64,000 nucleotides of DNA, taken from Eledone cirrhosa (Eukaryota). The stretch covers positions 219,170,001-219,234,000 of the forward strand of contig OZ024740.1 of NCBI GenBank assembly GCA_964016885.1, written 5' to 3'. The position numbers and the translations under genes were made by a program. The notes below the pieces were generated by a model that ran no database searches, was not told where the DNA came from, and was given only the letters and a program-made list of their open reading frames with translations. Below, piece by piece: positions 1-12,826 of this stretch (the stretch's first letter is position 1; every line of letters begins with the position of its first letter).

Positions 1-428
1 GTGGTAATGCTGGTGCCAAGACAAAATGCACTCAGTCTACTCTGTTAGGTGGTAGTGCTAGTGCCATTACAAAAAAGCACCCAGTCCACCCTGTAATATG
101 GTAGTACTTGTACCATGATAAAAAACACCCAGTCCACCCTGTAATATGGTAGTACTGGTGCCATGATAAAAAGCATCCAGTCCACCCTGTAATATGGTAA
201 TAATGGGGCCATGACAAAAAACATCCAGCCTGCCTTGTCAGATGGCAGTGTTCCTGGTATACACTGTAAAGAGACAAGCATTAGTAAAGGCATCCAGCTC
301 TAGAAATCAATTCCAAAACAGAGCATATGAGCAAGATATGGACACCTGTTCAGTCTAGTCTCCGTATGTGACAACCTGTCTAACACACGCAAGCATAGAA
401 AATATATGTTAAAAGATGATGATGATGG
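1..428 (+). mobile_element. RTE/SINE 3' tail with tandemly amplified ~50-bp unit
   Basis: Repeated 'aaaaagcacccagtccaccctgtaatatggtag' units, then 'agggcatccagct', 'aacacacgcaagcat' and a (GAT)n tail, matching the RTE 3' UTR at 57400-57677. Confidence 0.75.
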
Positions 429-623
429 TGAGGAATGTGTCGATGGTATAAGAATTGGTGCCAATCCTTATCAATTCTTAAGTTAGACTCCAAACATTTA
501 ATAAAATCTCTTCATATGTTTGTACTGAGGTCCTTAAGGGGCCAATGGTTCTCCTGAACAAGGTTGATAGGGGAGTCGACAATCCTTTAACTGGGAAACA
601 TGACTAGCCTGTCTATATCCACT

Positions 624-745
<122 letters not shown>

Positions 746-798
746 GACGTAAAATAAGAAAATTTTAAAAATAAAAAATGAACTTACTAAAATTTTCA

Positions 799-878
799 CT
801 CCAACTAATTAGTTTCTGTAAGGGAATAAATATAGTTACGTAATGTAACTATAGAGAAGTCCTTACGTCATCAGGGAG
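799..878 (-). ncRNA. Type-I hammerhead ribozyme motif, family A
   Basis: Minus strand: ctcc-CTGATGA-cgtaagg...ccttaca-GAAAC-taatta-GTT-ggag; stem I ctcc/ggag; palindromic stem III. Confidence 0.8.
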
Positions 879-1335
879 CCTATTCTCAGCTAAGTTCCCA
901 GGCAATGCGCGGACACTAGGAACCCATATAAAATAATAATTCAGTGGATGGAATAAAGCTAGCGGGGACTAAATTCCAGGGCACTGAAAAAATTCACTGC
1001 CTACTTGGTCAGTGGCAAATTCTAAAGAATCAATCACGTGACACTGAGGTTAATCAGTTAGGAGTGGGGTGGTATTATGACAAGAGCCTAACTACTACCA
1101 TGAACCATAGCAGTAAATTTTGGCAGGTTTCGCTCAACAAATAATTTGGAGATAAATATAGAGAATTAGTATATCTACCAACATATGTATACAGATGTAT
1201 ACCCATGCTAGCCAATATATATGTTATGTCTTAGTACCTTTGTGGTTCTATGCAGGGGATGCAGAATAATTATATGAAAGACGTAAAATAAGAAAATTTT
1301 AAAAATAAAAAATTAACTACTTACTAAAATTTTCA

Positions 1336-1415
1336 CTCCAACTAATTAGTTTCTGTAAGGGAATAAATATAGTAACGTAATGTAACTATAGAGAAGTCCT
1401 TACGTCATCAGGGAG
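1336..1415 (-). ncRNA. Type-I hammerhead ribozyme motif, family A, second tandem copy
   Basis: Same motif 537 nt from the first copy. Confidence 0.8.
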
Positions 1416-1591
1416 TCTATTGTGAAAATTTTAGTAAGTTAATTTTTTATTTTTAAAATTTTCTTATTTTACGTCTTTCATATAATTGTTCTGCATCCCC
1501 CTGCATAGAACCACAAAGGTACTAAGACATAACATATATATTGGCTAGCATGGCTATACATCTGTATACATATGTTGGTAGATATACTAAT

Positions 1592-1623
<32 letters not shown>

Positions 1624-1829
1624 AAACATGAGAAGAAAGAAGAATACTGCGTGGTTGCACATGGGTTACATATGATAAAATTAGTCCTTCGTCAGTGATT
1701 TGCCAACCATCATTGATATTTCATCGCATTAAAAATCATATACCTCAGGTTGGTCCGAGCAATAACTAAAAAAAGTTATTGGGACCAGTAAATCACGTAA
1801 AGCGAGGGGGACAAGTAAACAACATAGAA

Positions 1830-1860
<31 letters not shown>

Positions 1861-1865
<5 letters not shown>

Positions 1866-3045
1866 ATAATAATAAATTTGAAAACTAAAATCCAAAGAGG
1901 GCTCGATAAGGATAAATATATATCAAATATATAAGAACCGTAGAGCAAATATTTATTAAAATAACAGATTAAAGTTTAAGCAAAGAATCGCTGCTTTCAC
2001 CCTTAACGGGATCTTCTGAAACTAACAAAGTCAATCTGTAAACGCAGAAGTGGATATTTCAAAAAACGTTGCAACCGGAGGAAGACAGGAAGACGATATT
2101 TTGGTTCGTGGAAACGTTCCCTGGCAAAGAACGGGAAAAAACGAATATAATACGTCATTAATAGGAGCGGTGAAAAACAATTACGCGCAAAGACAGAACC
2201 ACGTTTATGGTATAAAAGAAGTCGTAGACTAATGTTCTCTTAGGTGGTTCATAGAGACGTTCTCTGGCAATGAACGGAAAAAACGAAGATAAGACGTCAT
2301 ATCTGGAGCGTAGAGAACAATTGCACGCAAAGACAAAACCACGTAAATGGTATAGCTGAAGTCGTAGACTAAAATTCTAACTAGGAAACCGAATGAATCT
2401 CCGCTTCAGAGTAAAGAATAAAGTAAATAAAATACAATACAGAGGTAATAGAAATTAAATAAATACATACACGCATGCAAATACGTACCTACACGAGCAT
2501 ACGCGAAAACACTTGCCATAGGTATACAAAACCACGCACATATAAATATGTGTGTGTGTGTGCGTGTATACAAATAAATAAATAATTAAATAAACGTATA
2601 TAAATAAATACGTATATAACAAACTCACACACATACCTACATGGAAATACACAAATGTTCGGAGACGTACGTTAACCAAAACATGAAGTACACATATACA
2701 CACACCCTACATACGTACGAACCTGCATACTCACACAGACGCAAAACTCCCGTATACACATAACCAAACCAAATGTACCAGAATATATAAAAATATACGC
2801 CATAACATATACAAACAAATATACGTACGAGAAAGTATACGTACCTTCACAAAACATACAGGTAATATATACTTACCTATGCAAATAAGTAATGGTATAA
2901 ACAAAACATATACTTAGCTACCACATCAAGCCGTAAAATATCCACGTATATATCGTACTATCCGTTAGGGTATAACGTGGGGCTGTAAAGGGTGAAAGCA
3001 GCGATTCTTTGCTTAAACTTTAATCTGTTATTTTAATAAATATAT
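1861..3045. mobile_element. Non-autonomous Penelope-like element with inverted arm and internal ~144-bp duplication
   Basis: ~1950-2003 is inverted at ~2990-3045; 2113-2232 is repeated at 2256-2372; terminus recurs at 4183-4300, 48416-48605 and 53298-53488, always beside (AT)n. Confidence 0.6.
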
Positions 3046-3058
3046 ATATATATATATA

Positions 3059-3787
3059 TTTAACGAAGGGTATTAATGAGAAGTTAGATGGTTATATGTG
3101 GTTATTAGAAATGATTATAACAGAGTTGTTAGATGAAATAACTATAATAAGTATAAATGTTATAACGAGAATATAAAGAATAAATGATTTGGTTTATATA
3201 TGGTTTACTTCACGTGAATCAATTAAAAAGTACATATAAACCAGTTACCAAGAGTTGTTAATGTTGTTATTGTTGCTGATGTGAAAACAGTGAGCGAACA
3301 GATTATGTTGTTGTTGTTGTTGGAGTCGGTGGTAATAGTTGAGACCATAGTGAGTGAGAGAAAGAGTAATGGTTTGTATATCTCTGAATGGTCTGTAATT
3401 GGTTGTAGCCCACTGTGGCTTGTACATGGTCTGTAGTAGTAGGGCTCCAATCTCTCTGTGTGTATCTGTAGACCTCATGGGGTCTGTTGATAGTGGTGAA
3501 TCTTTCACATAGCTTGTTCTGTAGTGGGGTGCTCCGATGTCTCTATTTCTGTAGACCACTGGGGTCTGTTGATAGCAGTGAATCCTTACATAGTTTGTTA
3601 TAGGTGTAATGCTCCGTGTACCTGGCTAAAGTAGGATGGTACAGGCTCTATATATAGCTGTCACTTCCTGTCTCCCAGCCTGAGTGGACAGCCCAAGCAT
3701 GAACTTGTTAACACAATAAATGTGGTGACCTAGAATTTGATCTTTAGGTGTCACTCAAAGTTCAAGGCGCGGATAGATTTCGCTACA
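3059..3787 (-). mobile_element. Putative solo LTR
   Basis: Minus strand starts TGTAGCGAA, imperfect inverted end TTCGTTAAA, TATA-like 'ctatatatag' at ~3647-3657, internal short repeats, (AT)n flanks. Confidence 0.4.
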
Positions 3788-3885
3788 TATATATATATAA
3801 TGATTCTGCAGATAAATATGTTGAGTGTTTCTAATCTGTTGTAAAATTAACTTTGTTGAAAAATCAACAAACCAAATAACTCATT

Positions 3886-3944
<59 letters not shown>

Positions 3945-4050
3945 CTCTACAATTGGATTTTCAATTGTGAGGTTGTGAGTTTGATTCCTGGACCAGGCGA
4001 TGCGTTATGTCCTTGAGCAAGACACTTTATTTCACATTGCTCCTTCTGCC
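3945..4050 (+). mobile_element. tRNA-derived SINE fragment
   Basis: 'gttgtgagtttgattc...ccttgagcaagacactttatttcacattgctcc' matches the SINE at 18062. Confidence 0.7.
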
Positions 4051-4122
4051 TGGAGTTGCGAATGATAGATACTATTACCAATTGGAAAGACCAACGGAAA
4101 CATTGTTTCCTCAGTCCGATTT

Positions 4123-4187
<65 letters not shown>

Positions 4188-4328
4188 ATAATAATAAATT
4201 TGAAGACCAAAATCAAAAGAGGGCTCGATAAGGATAAATATATATCATATATATAAGAACTGTAGAGCAAATATTTATTAAAATAACAGATTAAAGTTTA
4301 ATACATTATGCAACAATGCATAATCGGC

Positions 4329-4362
<34 letters not shown>

Positions 4363-4767
4363 ATCTTGAACAATAAAAACAAAAGGTGAAAATCATTAAT
4401 GCTTAATGATTTCATTGCCTTACGGTTGTTTCAGAAGTTTGATTGATTATGCTAAATCAATACAGAGAGTGGGTATTTAACAACATAATATGCCTGGTTC
4501 TTTGGTCCATGTCAGCTGTGAAAGTCCAACTTTCACACCCATTATATATACATATAAAATTAAGGATGGTTTCCCAAAGGAGATCAGAAAGAAACCACAA
4601 TTAAATAAAGTATTTAATACATTAGTAGAGAATAAGCATATTTATTTTATATGAAAATGACTCCTACAAAACTAGAACTGTTTCATACACATGAAACAGC
4701 TCTAGCTCTGTAGAAGTTATTTCTATATAAAATATATAAACATCTTTCTCTCTCCCTCTCCCTCTCA

Positions 4768-4889
<122 letters not shown>

Positions 4890-4929
4890 GAGGTACTGGC
4901 GTTGGTACCAAATCAAGCACTCAATTAAT

Positions 4930-5950
4930 TACTTATTTTATTCTATAAGTTTATTAAACTAAAGAGAAACTGTGATAAAAGCTGTACTGTTTTATGGACA
5001 TGAAAAAGAAAGAGGATGAAAAGGAAAAAGAAATTAAGCAATGAAAGGAAAGAAGGAGGGAGTGACTGATTCTACACCCCAGTCTAAGCAGTATGTTTCA
5101 GCTGCGTTCAGCAGAAAAAAATGGCAAGAGCATTGTCACAGTCAATAGTCAGTGTATCCTAATGCAACAGCCATCCTATCTCATGTAGCTCCTTCCTCAC
5201 ACAGGCTGCTGTCTTTTCAATTTTACAAAGGAAATCAGAGACTGGGGACACCTGAACTCTTGACATCAACCAACACAAAACGGAAGTGGTCGGTCAAGCC
5301 CCTGTATTCACATGTCTTCCTTTCCTCTACACTGGGGCGAAGTGCCTGGCTTTGTGGCCACAGAGGCAAGGCTGGATGTGAAGTACGAGTCACAGCACAT
5401 GGAATCCCATATTAGGGATTTATCTCCCTCAAACGGGAAGAGGGTTATCCAATCTGGACACTTACCGTCACTACAGTTGAGGCCAGCTGGTGCCAGTTGT
5501 GATGGGAAGCCAGCTGTTTTGAAGCTCCTGATTATATTGTCCAGAGAGGTGTGTTGAAGGAACTGACCTGTACTATGGTAGCAGGATAGCAGGTGCAGAC
5601 CAAACTCATCAACAATGGTTCTATAACATCATTTATGTGGCTCACACATGTGGAAACTAAGGCACTGGGCTATTCCAATGTGAGTACACTCATCATCACG
5701 AAAGGTACCAGTTGATGAGGAAGGTTCTGAATTGAGCTACACACTGTTGGCAAGCCGGGGTTGTTCCAAAGAAGACTCATCCGCCTGAAGGTTGACCTGC
5801 ATTTGTTGTGATCCCAGTTATGCTGGACATCTGCATGCTGGGGTATGGTGAACCCTTGTTGGTCCAATTGGCCAGAGCTGACTCCAGTTTCCATGCCATA
5901 TTAGGTTCTGCCATCTTGAAGAGGGCCTTGCTGATGAGGGAGAAGCAGGA
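4930..5950 (-). pseudogene. Degenerate 3' portion of a CRE-like non-LTR retrotransposon (zinc knuckle + restriction-like endonuclease)
   Basis: Manual minus-strand translation across frameshifts: CEPHK...VDEFGLHLLSC...AGFPSQLAPAGLNCSDGKCPDWITLFPFEGDKSLIWDSMCCDS...REERKTCEY, matching the 'DGKRPDGxTLxP..GKxLxWDxTCxDT' RLE signature. Confidence 0.75.
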
Positions 5951-5959
5951 GGAGATTGA

Positions 5960-6287
5960 TTTTACAAAAGACAACAAAACAAATACCCAGGAATAAATAT
6001 AGAAATATATATAAGATGGTGTAGGACAGAACAAAGGAGAGACACACAAAATAAAAAGCTAGTCACTGAGGAGGTCACAGAATGTGTGACAAAAGAGCTT
6101 TCACAATATATAAACAACCTTCCAGTTATCGAACCAACCAACCAGCCAACCAGATACTTATAATAAATTGAAGTGAAAACCAACGGGTACATGTGTTTTT
6201 ATTGGCAGCATGACCTTCCCAAAGTATAACAATATCTGTTACAACACATGTTTTCAGATAAGAAATCTCGCAAAACAAATTCAAAAA

Positions 6288-6292
<5 letters not shown>
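5960..6292 (+). mobile_element. Penelope pLTR fragment related to family E, with decayed HHR
   Basis: Similar to 12470-12733; CTGAGGA-ggtcaca...tgtgac-AAAA (GAAA mutated). Confidence 0.65.
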
Positions 6293-6359
<67 letters not shown>

Positions 6360-6552
6360 CACATATATGAGTCAATATGTAAATGTAAACAGAAAACATA
6401 TACGTGTTTAATAAACATATATTTATTCATATTATTCAAGAAACTTCTGCATACCTGTTGCGTAGATACATTTGTTATTATTCATATACATTATACATGT
6501 GTATGTGTATGTATGTAAATACACCTATGTGTTTATCTGTTGACATATTTAT

Positions 6553-7841
6553 CTACCTACCTACCTACCTACCTACCTACATACCTACCTACCTACCTAC
6601 ATACCTACCTACCTACCTACCTACCTACCTACCTACCTACCTACCTACCTACCTACCTACCTACCTACCTATATACCTACCTATATACCTACCTACCTAC
6701 CAATCTACATACCTACCTACCTACATACCTACCTACCTACCCACCTACCTACCTACCTACCTACATACCCACCTACATACCTACCTACCTACCTACCTAC
6801 CTACCAACATACCTACCTACCTACCTACCTACCAATCTACATACCTACCTACCTATATACCTACCTACCTACCTACCTACCTATATACCTACCTACCTAC
6901 CTACCTACCTACCTACCTACCTACCTACCTATATACCTACCTACCTACCTACCTACCTACCTACCTACCTATATACCTACCTACCTACATACCTACCTAC
7001 CTATATACCTACCTACCTACATACCTACCTACCCACCTACCTACCTATATACCTACCTACATACCCACCTACATACCTACCTACCTACCTACCTACCCAC
7101 CTACCTACCTATATACCTACCTATATACCTACCTACATACCAACCTACCTACATACCTACCTACCTACCTACCTACCTACCTGCCTACCTACCCACCTAC
7201 CTACCTACCTACCTACCTACCTACCTACCTACCTACCTACCTACCTACCTACATACCCACCTACCTACCTACCTACATACCCACCTACATACATACCTAC
7301 CTACCTACCTACCTACCTATATACCTACCTATATACCTACCTACCTACCTACCTACCCACCTACCTACCTATATACCTACCTATATACCTACCTACATAC
7401 CAACCTACCTACATACCTACCTACCTATATACCTACCTACCTGCCTACCTACCCACCTACCTACCTACCTACCTACCTACCTACCTACCTACCTACCTAC
7501 ATACCCACCTACCTACCTACCTACATACCCACCTACATACATACCTACCTACCTACCTACCTACCTATATACCTACCTATATACCTACCTACATACCAAC
7601 CTACCTACATACCTACCTACATACACACCTACCTACCTACATACCTACCTACCTATATACCTACCTACATACATACCTACCTACATACCCACCTACCTAC
7701 CTACATACCCACCTACATACATACCTACCTACCTACATACATACCCACCTACCTACCTACCTACATACCCACCTACCTACCTACCTACCTACCCACCTAC
7801 CTACCTACCTACATACATACCTACCTACCTACCTACCTACC
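6553..7841. repeat. (CTAC)n tetranucleotide microsatellite with variant units
   Basis: ~1.3 kb of ctac/atac/ccac units. Confidence 0.95.
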
Positions 7842-8101
7842 AACATATGATGAGATGCAGAGTGGGTATAGTGAAGGATTGGGATTCTACACCTTTAATA
7901 TATATATATATATGTATATATAAGTATGTATACGTACATACATATATGTATACAGACGTACCATGCACACATATATATATGTACGTATGGATTCACCAAA
8001 CATTTATTATAATGCTCGGTGTGTTTGTAAACAAACATCCCGAATTAAGCCGTAGTGTCTCGCAGCTACCGTTGCTCGTTTGTTCAACACTGACAAAGGA
8101 A

Positions 8102-8142
8102 CGCTGTACTAGTTTCAAGCTTGTTAGCTATCTTCAGCAACG
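8102..8142 (-). ncRNA. Hammerhead ribozyme motif, family B
   Basis: Reverse complement of 8445-8485. Confidence 0.85.
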
Positions 8143-8444
8143 TATACCTTCCTGCCAGATAGTTGAACGTCCGAAAGTATATACTTTCCTTATGCATATT
8201 ATCGGCTGAGTAGCCCAATTTGCATATCGAGTGGGTTAATCGGCCGGGTGCACCGAAAACGATAAACGGAAAAAATGAAACGAAATTTCATTTCCCACTC
8301 TTAGTACGGCTGTTACTTAAATATAAGTATGTATACATACATACATATATGTATATAGACGTACTGTAGTATGTATATATATATACATACATGCACACAT
8401 ATATATATATATTCGGACGTTCAACTATCTGGCAGGAAGGTATA

Positions 8445-8485
8445 CGTTGCTGAAGATAGCTAACAAGCTTGAAACTAGTACAGCG
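8445..8485 (+). ncRNA. Hammerhead ribozyme motif, family B
   Basis: cgttg-CTGAAGA-tagc taacaa gctt-GAAAC-ta-GTA-cagcg. Confidence 0.85.
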
Positions 8486-9032
8486 TTCCTTTGTCAGTGT
8501 TGAACAAACGAGCAACGATGGTTGCTAGACACTACGGCTTAATACGGGATGTTTGTTTACAAACACACCGAGCATTATAATAAATGTTTGGTGAATCCAT
8601 ACGTACATATATATATGTGTGCATGTATGTATATATATATATATACATACTACTGTACGTCTGTATACATATATGTATGTACGTATACATACTTATATTT
8701 AAGTAACAGCCGTACTAAGAGTGGGAAATGAAATTTCGTTTCATTTTTTCCGTTTATATATGTATAGTCCGGGGAAAAACATCCAGGAACACACACACAC
8801 ACTCACACACAACGCACACACACACACACACATGCACACACACGCACACAGACACTTACACTATTTTCGCACCACGCAACCATACATCAACACACACACA
8901 CATATATATATTCATTAATTAAGCAAATTCACATGAAAGACGTTAGTTAAAGAGTGTCAACATAGTTGCATTTTAATGTAAGGAATAAAGTGTCAACATT
9001 AATTGCAGTTTAATGTAAGGAATAATAATATC

Positions 9033-9157
9033 CGTTTACAATTGTTTCACTACTCCATATAATGTTTCTGGATCAATCGATTATTAGATCGTTATTGATC
9101 TGGTTCAGAGAAAGATAAGTAACTTAAGTAATATTATAGAGCAGTTCTTCAGCACGT
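9033..9157 (-). ncRNA. Hammerhead motif, family C, with greatly extended stem II
   Basis: Minus strand: cgtg-CTGAAGA-actgctctata...tatggagtagt-GAAAC-aatt-GTA-aacg. Confidence 0.7.
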
Positions 9158-9327
9158 CAGATGAGGTAATGAAAATATTGAAATAGATAAAATGAAATAA
9201 GAAATATAAAATAAAATAAAATAAAATAGGAATCTTACGGACACGTAACCCTCTTACTTTATTTTATTTTATATTTCTTATTCCATTTTATCTATATCAA
9301 TATTTTATATATATGCACACACATATA

Positions 9328-9458
<131 letters not shown>

Positions 9459-9570
9459 TTGTAATATAATGAAACGAAATTTCATTTCTCACTCTTAGTA
9501 CGGCACTTACTTAAATGTAAGTATGTATGTATACGTACATACATATATGTATACAGACGTACAGTAGCAA

Positions 9571-9646
<76 letters not shown>

Positions 9647-10313
9647 TAGAATAATCGAGTATCGAAAAATCGGCGCACGAGTTCACGATAAACAAAATTC
9701 GACATGAGTGGCAGAGGGCTCAATAATTCAGATAAATCAGAGCTATAACTATCGTTAAAATACCAACACACATAGATTATGTGTAAAATCAACCATATAA
9801 CCGAAAAATTACGATCAGGAAGATTCGGGTCACTCAGATAAAATATCAATAAATCAATAAATCATGTGAATGTAAAAAGCTTACCCGGACCCACTAGAAA
9901 GATGATAAATCTAGCTTTTTGGGTTTCTGTAAATCCTTAAACTGCCCACTATCAGCCCACATAAAAATATATAAGACTTCTAGAGAGCGGCGGACAGGAA
10001 ATACTTTATCAACGAGCTTTGTCCAGACGAATAAAAAAGGCAACCCTAGCTGAAAACGCACATGGAATCCAGCAAGGGAGATAACCTCTATATCCGCGAA
10101 AAATATTCGGGAATGTGGAAAATCACATATCGAATAAGAGTGCTCAATAGACATGTTAAAATAAACAGGAGCTATTCATCATTTAATAGAATCGACAAAA
10201 AATGAACAATAAAATTAACTGGTCAATAGCTAAGTCTAGAGCTAAATATAGTAGAATAATCGAGTATGGAAAAATCGGCGCACGAGTTCACGATAAACAA
10301 AATTCGACATGAG
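9647..10313. mobile_element. ~604-nt monomer element with terminal direct repeat, nested in a family-B element
   Basis: 'tagaataatcgagtat' at 9647 and 10252; diverged relatives at 50478-51217 and 57705-58444. Confidence 0.65.
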
Positions 10314-10766
10314 TTATAACGCCCGCTTTGTACTAAGAGTGAGAAATGAAATTTCGTTTCATTATATTACAACTTATCGTTTTCGGTACGCCTGGCCGAC
10401 TGAACTCACTCGATATGCAAATTAGGCTGCTCAGCCGTTAATCTTCATAAGGAAAGTATATACTTTCGAACGTTCAACCATCTGGCAGAAGGGTATACGG
10501 TGCTGATGATAGCTAAGAAGCTTGAAACTAGTACATCGTTCCTGTGTCAGTGTTGAACAAAAAGGTGACGTGGTTGCCTTAACACCGTACGGCATAAATC
10601 AGGCTGTCCGTTTGTTTACAAACGGACAAAGCGGGCGTTATAATAAACGTCCGCTAAACTGATACGTACATATATATATGTGTACCTGTATGTATATATA
10701 TATATATATATATGCATGCTACTGTACGTCTGTATACATATATGTATGTACGTATACATACATACT

Positions 10767-10770
<4 letters not shown>
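10314..10770 (+). mobile_element. Retrozyme-like family B, diverged copy (inverted arm at 9455-9575)
   Basis: Collinear with the 7897-8757 monomer; 10314-10330 is the reverse complement of 10627-10643. Confidence 0.75.
10498..10538 (+). ncRNA. Hammerhead ribozyme motif, family B variant
   Basis: cggtg-CTGATGA-tagc taagaa gctt-GAAAC-ta-GTA-catcg. Confidence 0.85.
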
Positions 10771-10810
<40 letters not shown>

Positions 10811-10827
10811 ATATTATATATATTATA

Positions 10828-10861
<34 letters not shown>

Positions 10862-11177
10862 TGGTAAAAGGAAAAGAAAATGCTGACAAATTGTTCCCAG
10901 TGAAAAATAGTTTAATTAGGAATAAGTAAAAATTAGTAATAAGTATTGATTAGTATTCAGTTTTGGTTTTAAGTTTTTACCGGTTGCGCATTTCTAATGC
11001 TTTTCAAAAATAATTTTGAGATAGAGCGCCCGTGATAAAAAATAAATCATACAAAAAACACCAGCACCAACAGTTTGAAAGACATGTCAACATGAATGGA
11101 CCTGTTATTTTTATCTAAAGACATTTTTTCCAATTCCAACCCACCAGTCCCCTCCATCTATCTTATTTCTCATTCTT

Positions 11178-11213
11178 TTTTCTGATGAAAGACTAGCGTC
11201 CGAAACGTTAAGA
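11178..11213 (+). ncRNA. Minimal hammerhead motif, family D (within repeat ~11085-11300)
   Basis: tttt-CTGATGA-aagac tagc gtcc-GAAAC-GTT-aaga; related inverted copy at 16878-16913 has stem I tctt/aaga but GAAA changed to AAAA. Confidence 0.7.
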
Positions 11214-11309
11214 CCCTCTTCCTGCTATATCAAACGTTAACCTAATATATCCATATAATGTACCGATTGTGTTGTTATTTCTGTTTACCTTTTACATATA
11301 TATATATAT

Positions 11310-11340
<31 letters not shown>

Positions 11341-11461
11341 AGCTAGCATGGGTTAGACAGATCCCATTTTAAGGCAAGTTGTGTCGGGTGACTGTGTCTT
11401 GCTCATATAGGGGTGTTTCTGGCTGGTTTTCTATGGCTCGGTGCCCTTCCTAACACCAACC

Positions 11462-11498
<37 letters not shown>

Positions 11499-11712
11499 CA
11501 GGGAGTGTAACGTGAAGTTACTGTACGTTCACCCAGGTGAGCACTCAATATTTAGGTTCACATTAGTGGCAAGGAATAGAGCTAGACTGAATCAGGCCGA
11601 ATACAGATCGAACATTGAGCTGATCAATAGTGGAACACATATCACCAATCAATAAACATAATGAAGGCTTAACAAATTGTCCTTGTATTGTTATTAGTAT
11701 TATTATTGTATA

Positions 11713-12056
11713 TCATCATTTCATCATTTCATTTTATGTCCACTTTTCCCTGCTTGCAAGGGTGGGACGAGAACTGATTCTGGCTTGATTTCTACAGCTG
11801 GATGCCCTTCCTAACACCAACCTCATTTACAGTGAGTGCTGGGTGCTTTTTTTGCTGTGGCACCTCCATGACCACTTTGCAGTGGAATGATATGGACCCC
11901 AGTCCCTATCATCTCATTTCTACAGCTGAGTAAACTGGAGCAATGTGAAATAAAGTGTCTTGCTCAAGGAAACAACACATCACCCGGTCTGAGAATTGAA
12001 CTCACAACCTTTTGATTGCAAGGCCAATGCTCTAACCACTAAGCCATGTGCCTCCA
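11713..12056 (-). mobile_element. tRNA-headed SINE with CORE-like centre and RTE-type tail
   Basis: Reverse complement of 18062-18407; A box TGGCTTAGTGG, B box GAGTTCAATTC. Confidence 0.85.
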
Positions 12057-12087
12057 TCATGCGTTCCCATGCCGGGCATGCGTTCCC

Positions 12088-12118
<31 letters not shown>

Positions 12119-12147
12119 AATAATAATAATAATTCAAGGACAATTTG

Positions 12148-12243
<96 letters not shown>

Positions 12244-12733
12244 TTCGTTTCTGAATTTGTTTAGCAAGATTCTTTATCTGAAATATGAGTGGAACAGCAA
12301 CATCACAACTTACAATTAAGGACAAAATGAAAACACACACACACATAGAACAAACAACCAACCAACAACATGTAAATAAATAAACAAATAGATAAATGAA
12401 CACAAACACACACAGACACACGGATGTGGCGCATGCACAAACTGAGCACACAACACACACACAGAAACAAAATGGCGTAGGACAGAAGAAAGGAAAGGCA
12501 CAGAAACAAAGAAAGGAATCCCCAGTCACTGAAGAGGTCACAGAGTGTGTGACGAAAGGACTATGACTATATATAAACAACTATCTGGTTGTGGAACCAA
12601 CCAACCAACCAGAAATTTATAAGTTTGTAGATTTGTAAATTTATAAATTTATAAATATATAATAAATTGAAGTGAAAGCAACTGGTGCGTGAGTTTCTTA
12701 TTGGCAACATGACCCTCCCAAAGTATAACAATA
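12244..12733 (+). mobile_element. Penelope pLTR (family E) with short inverted 5' segment and HHR at 12524-12568
   Basis: Nearly identical to 49699-50132; agtca-CTGAAGA-ggtcac...gtgac-GAAA-gga-CTA-tgact. Confidence 0.8.
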
Positions 12734-12737
12734 TATA

Positions 12738-12795
<58 letters not shown>

Positions 12796-12826
12796 AAGGA
12801 TGATTTGTTAAGCCTTCATTATGTTT

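Larger units (their letters stand above)
7897..8757. mobile_element. Retrozyme-like family B (~402-nt monomer with partial tandem repeat and inverted copy)
   Basis: Sequence at 7922 repeats at 8324; 8413-8757 is a reverse-complement copy; HHR on both arms. Confidence 0.8.

Noticed and set aside
6404-8209. 601-aa and 436-aa YLPT-repeat ORFs
   Set aside because: Translation artefacts of the stop-free (CTAC)n microsatellite
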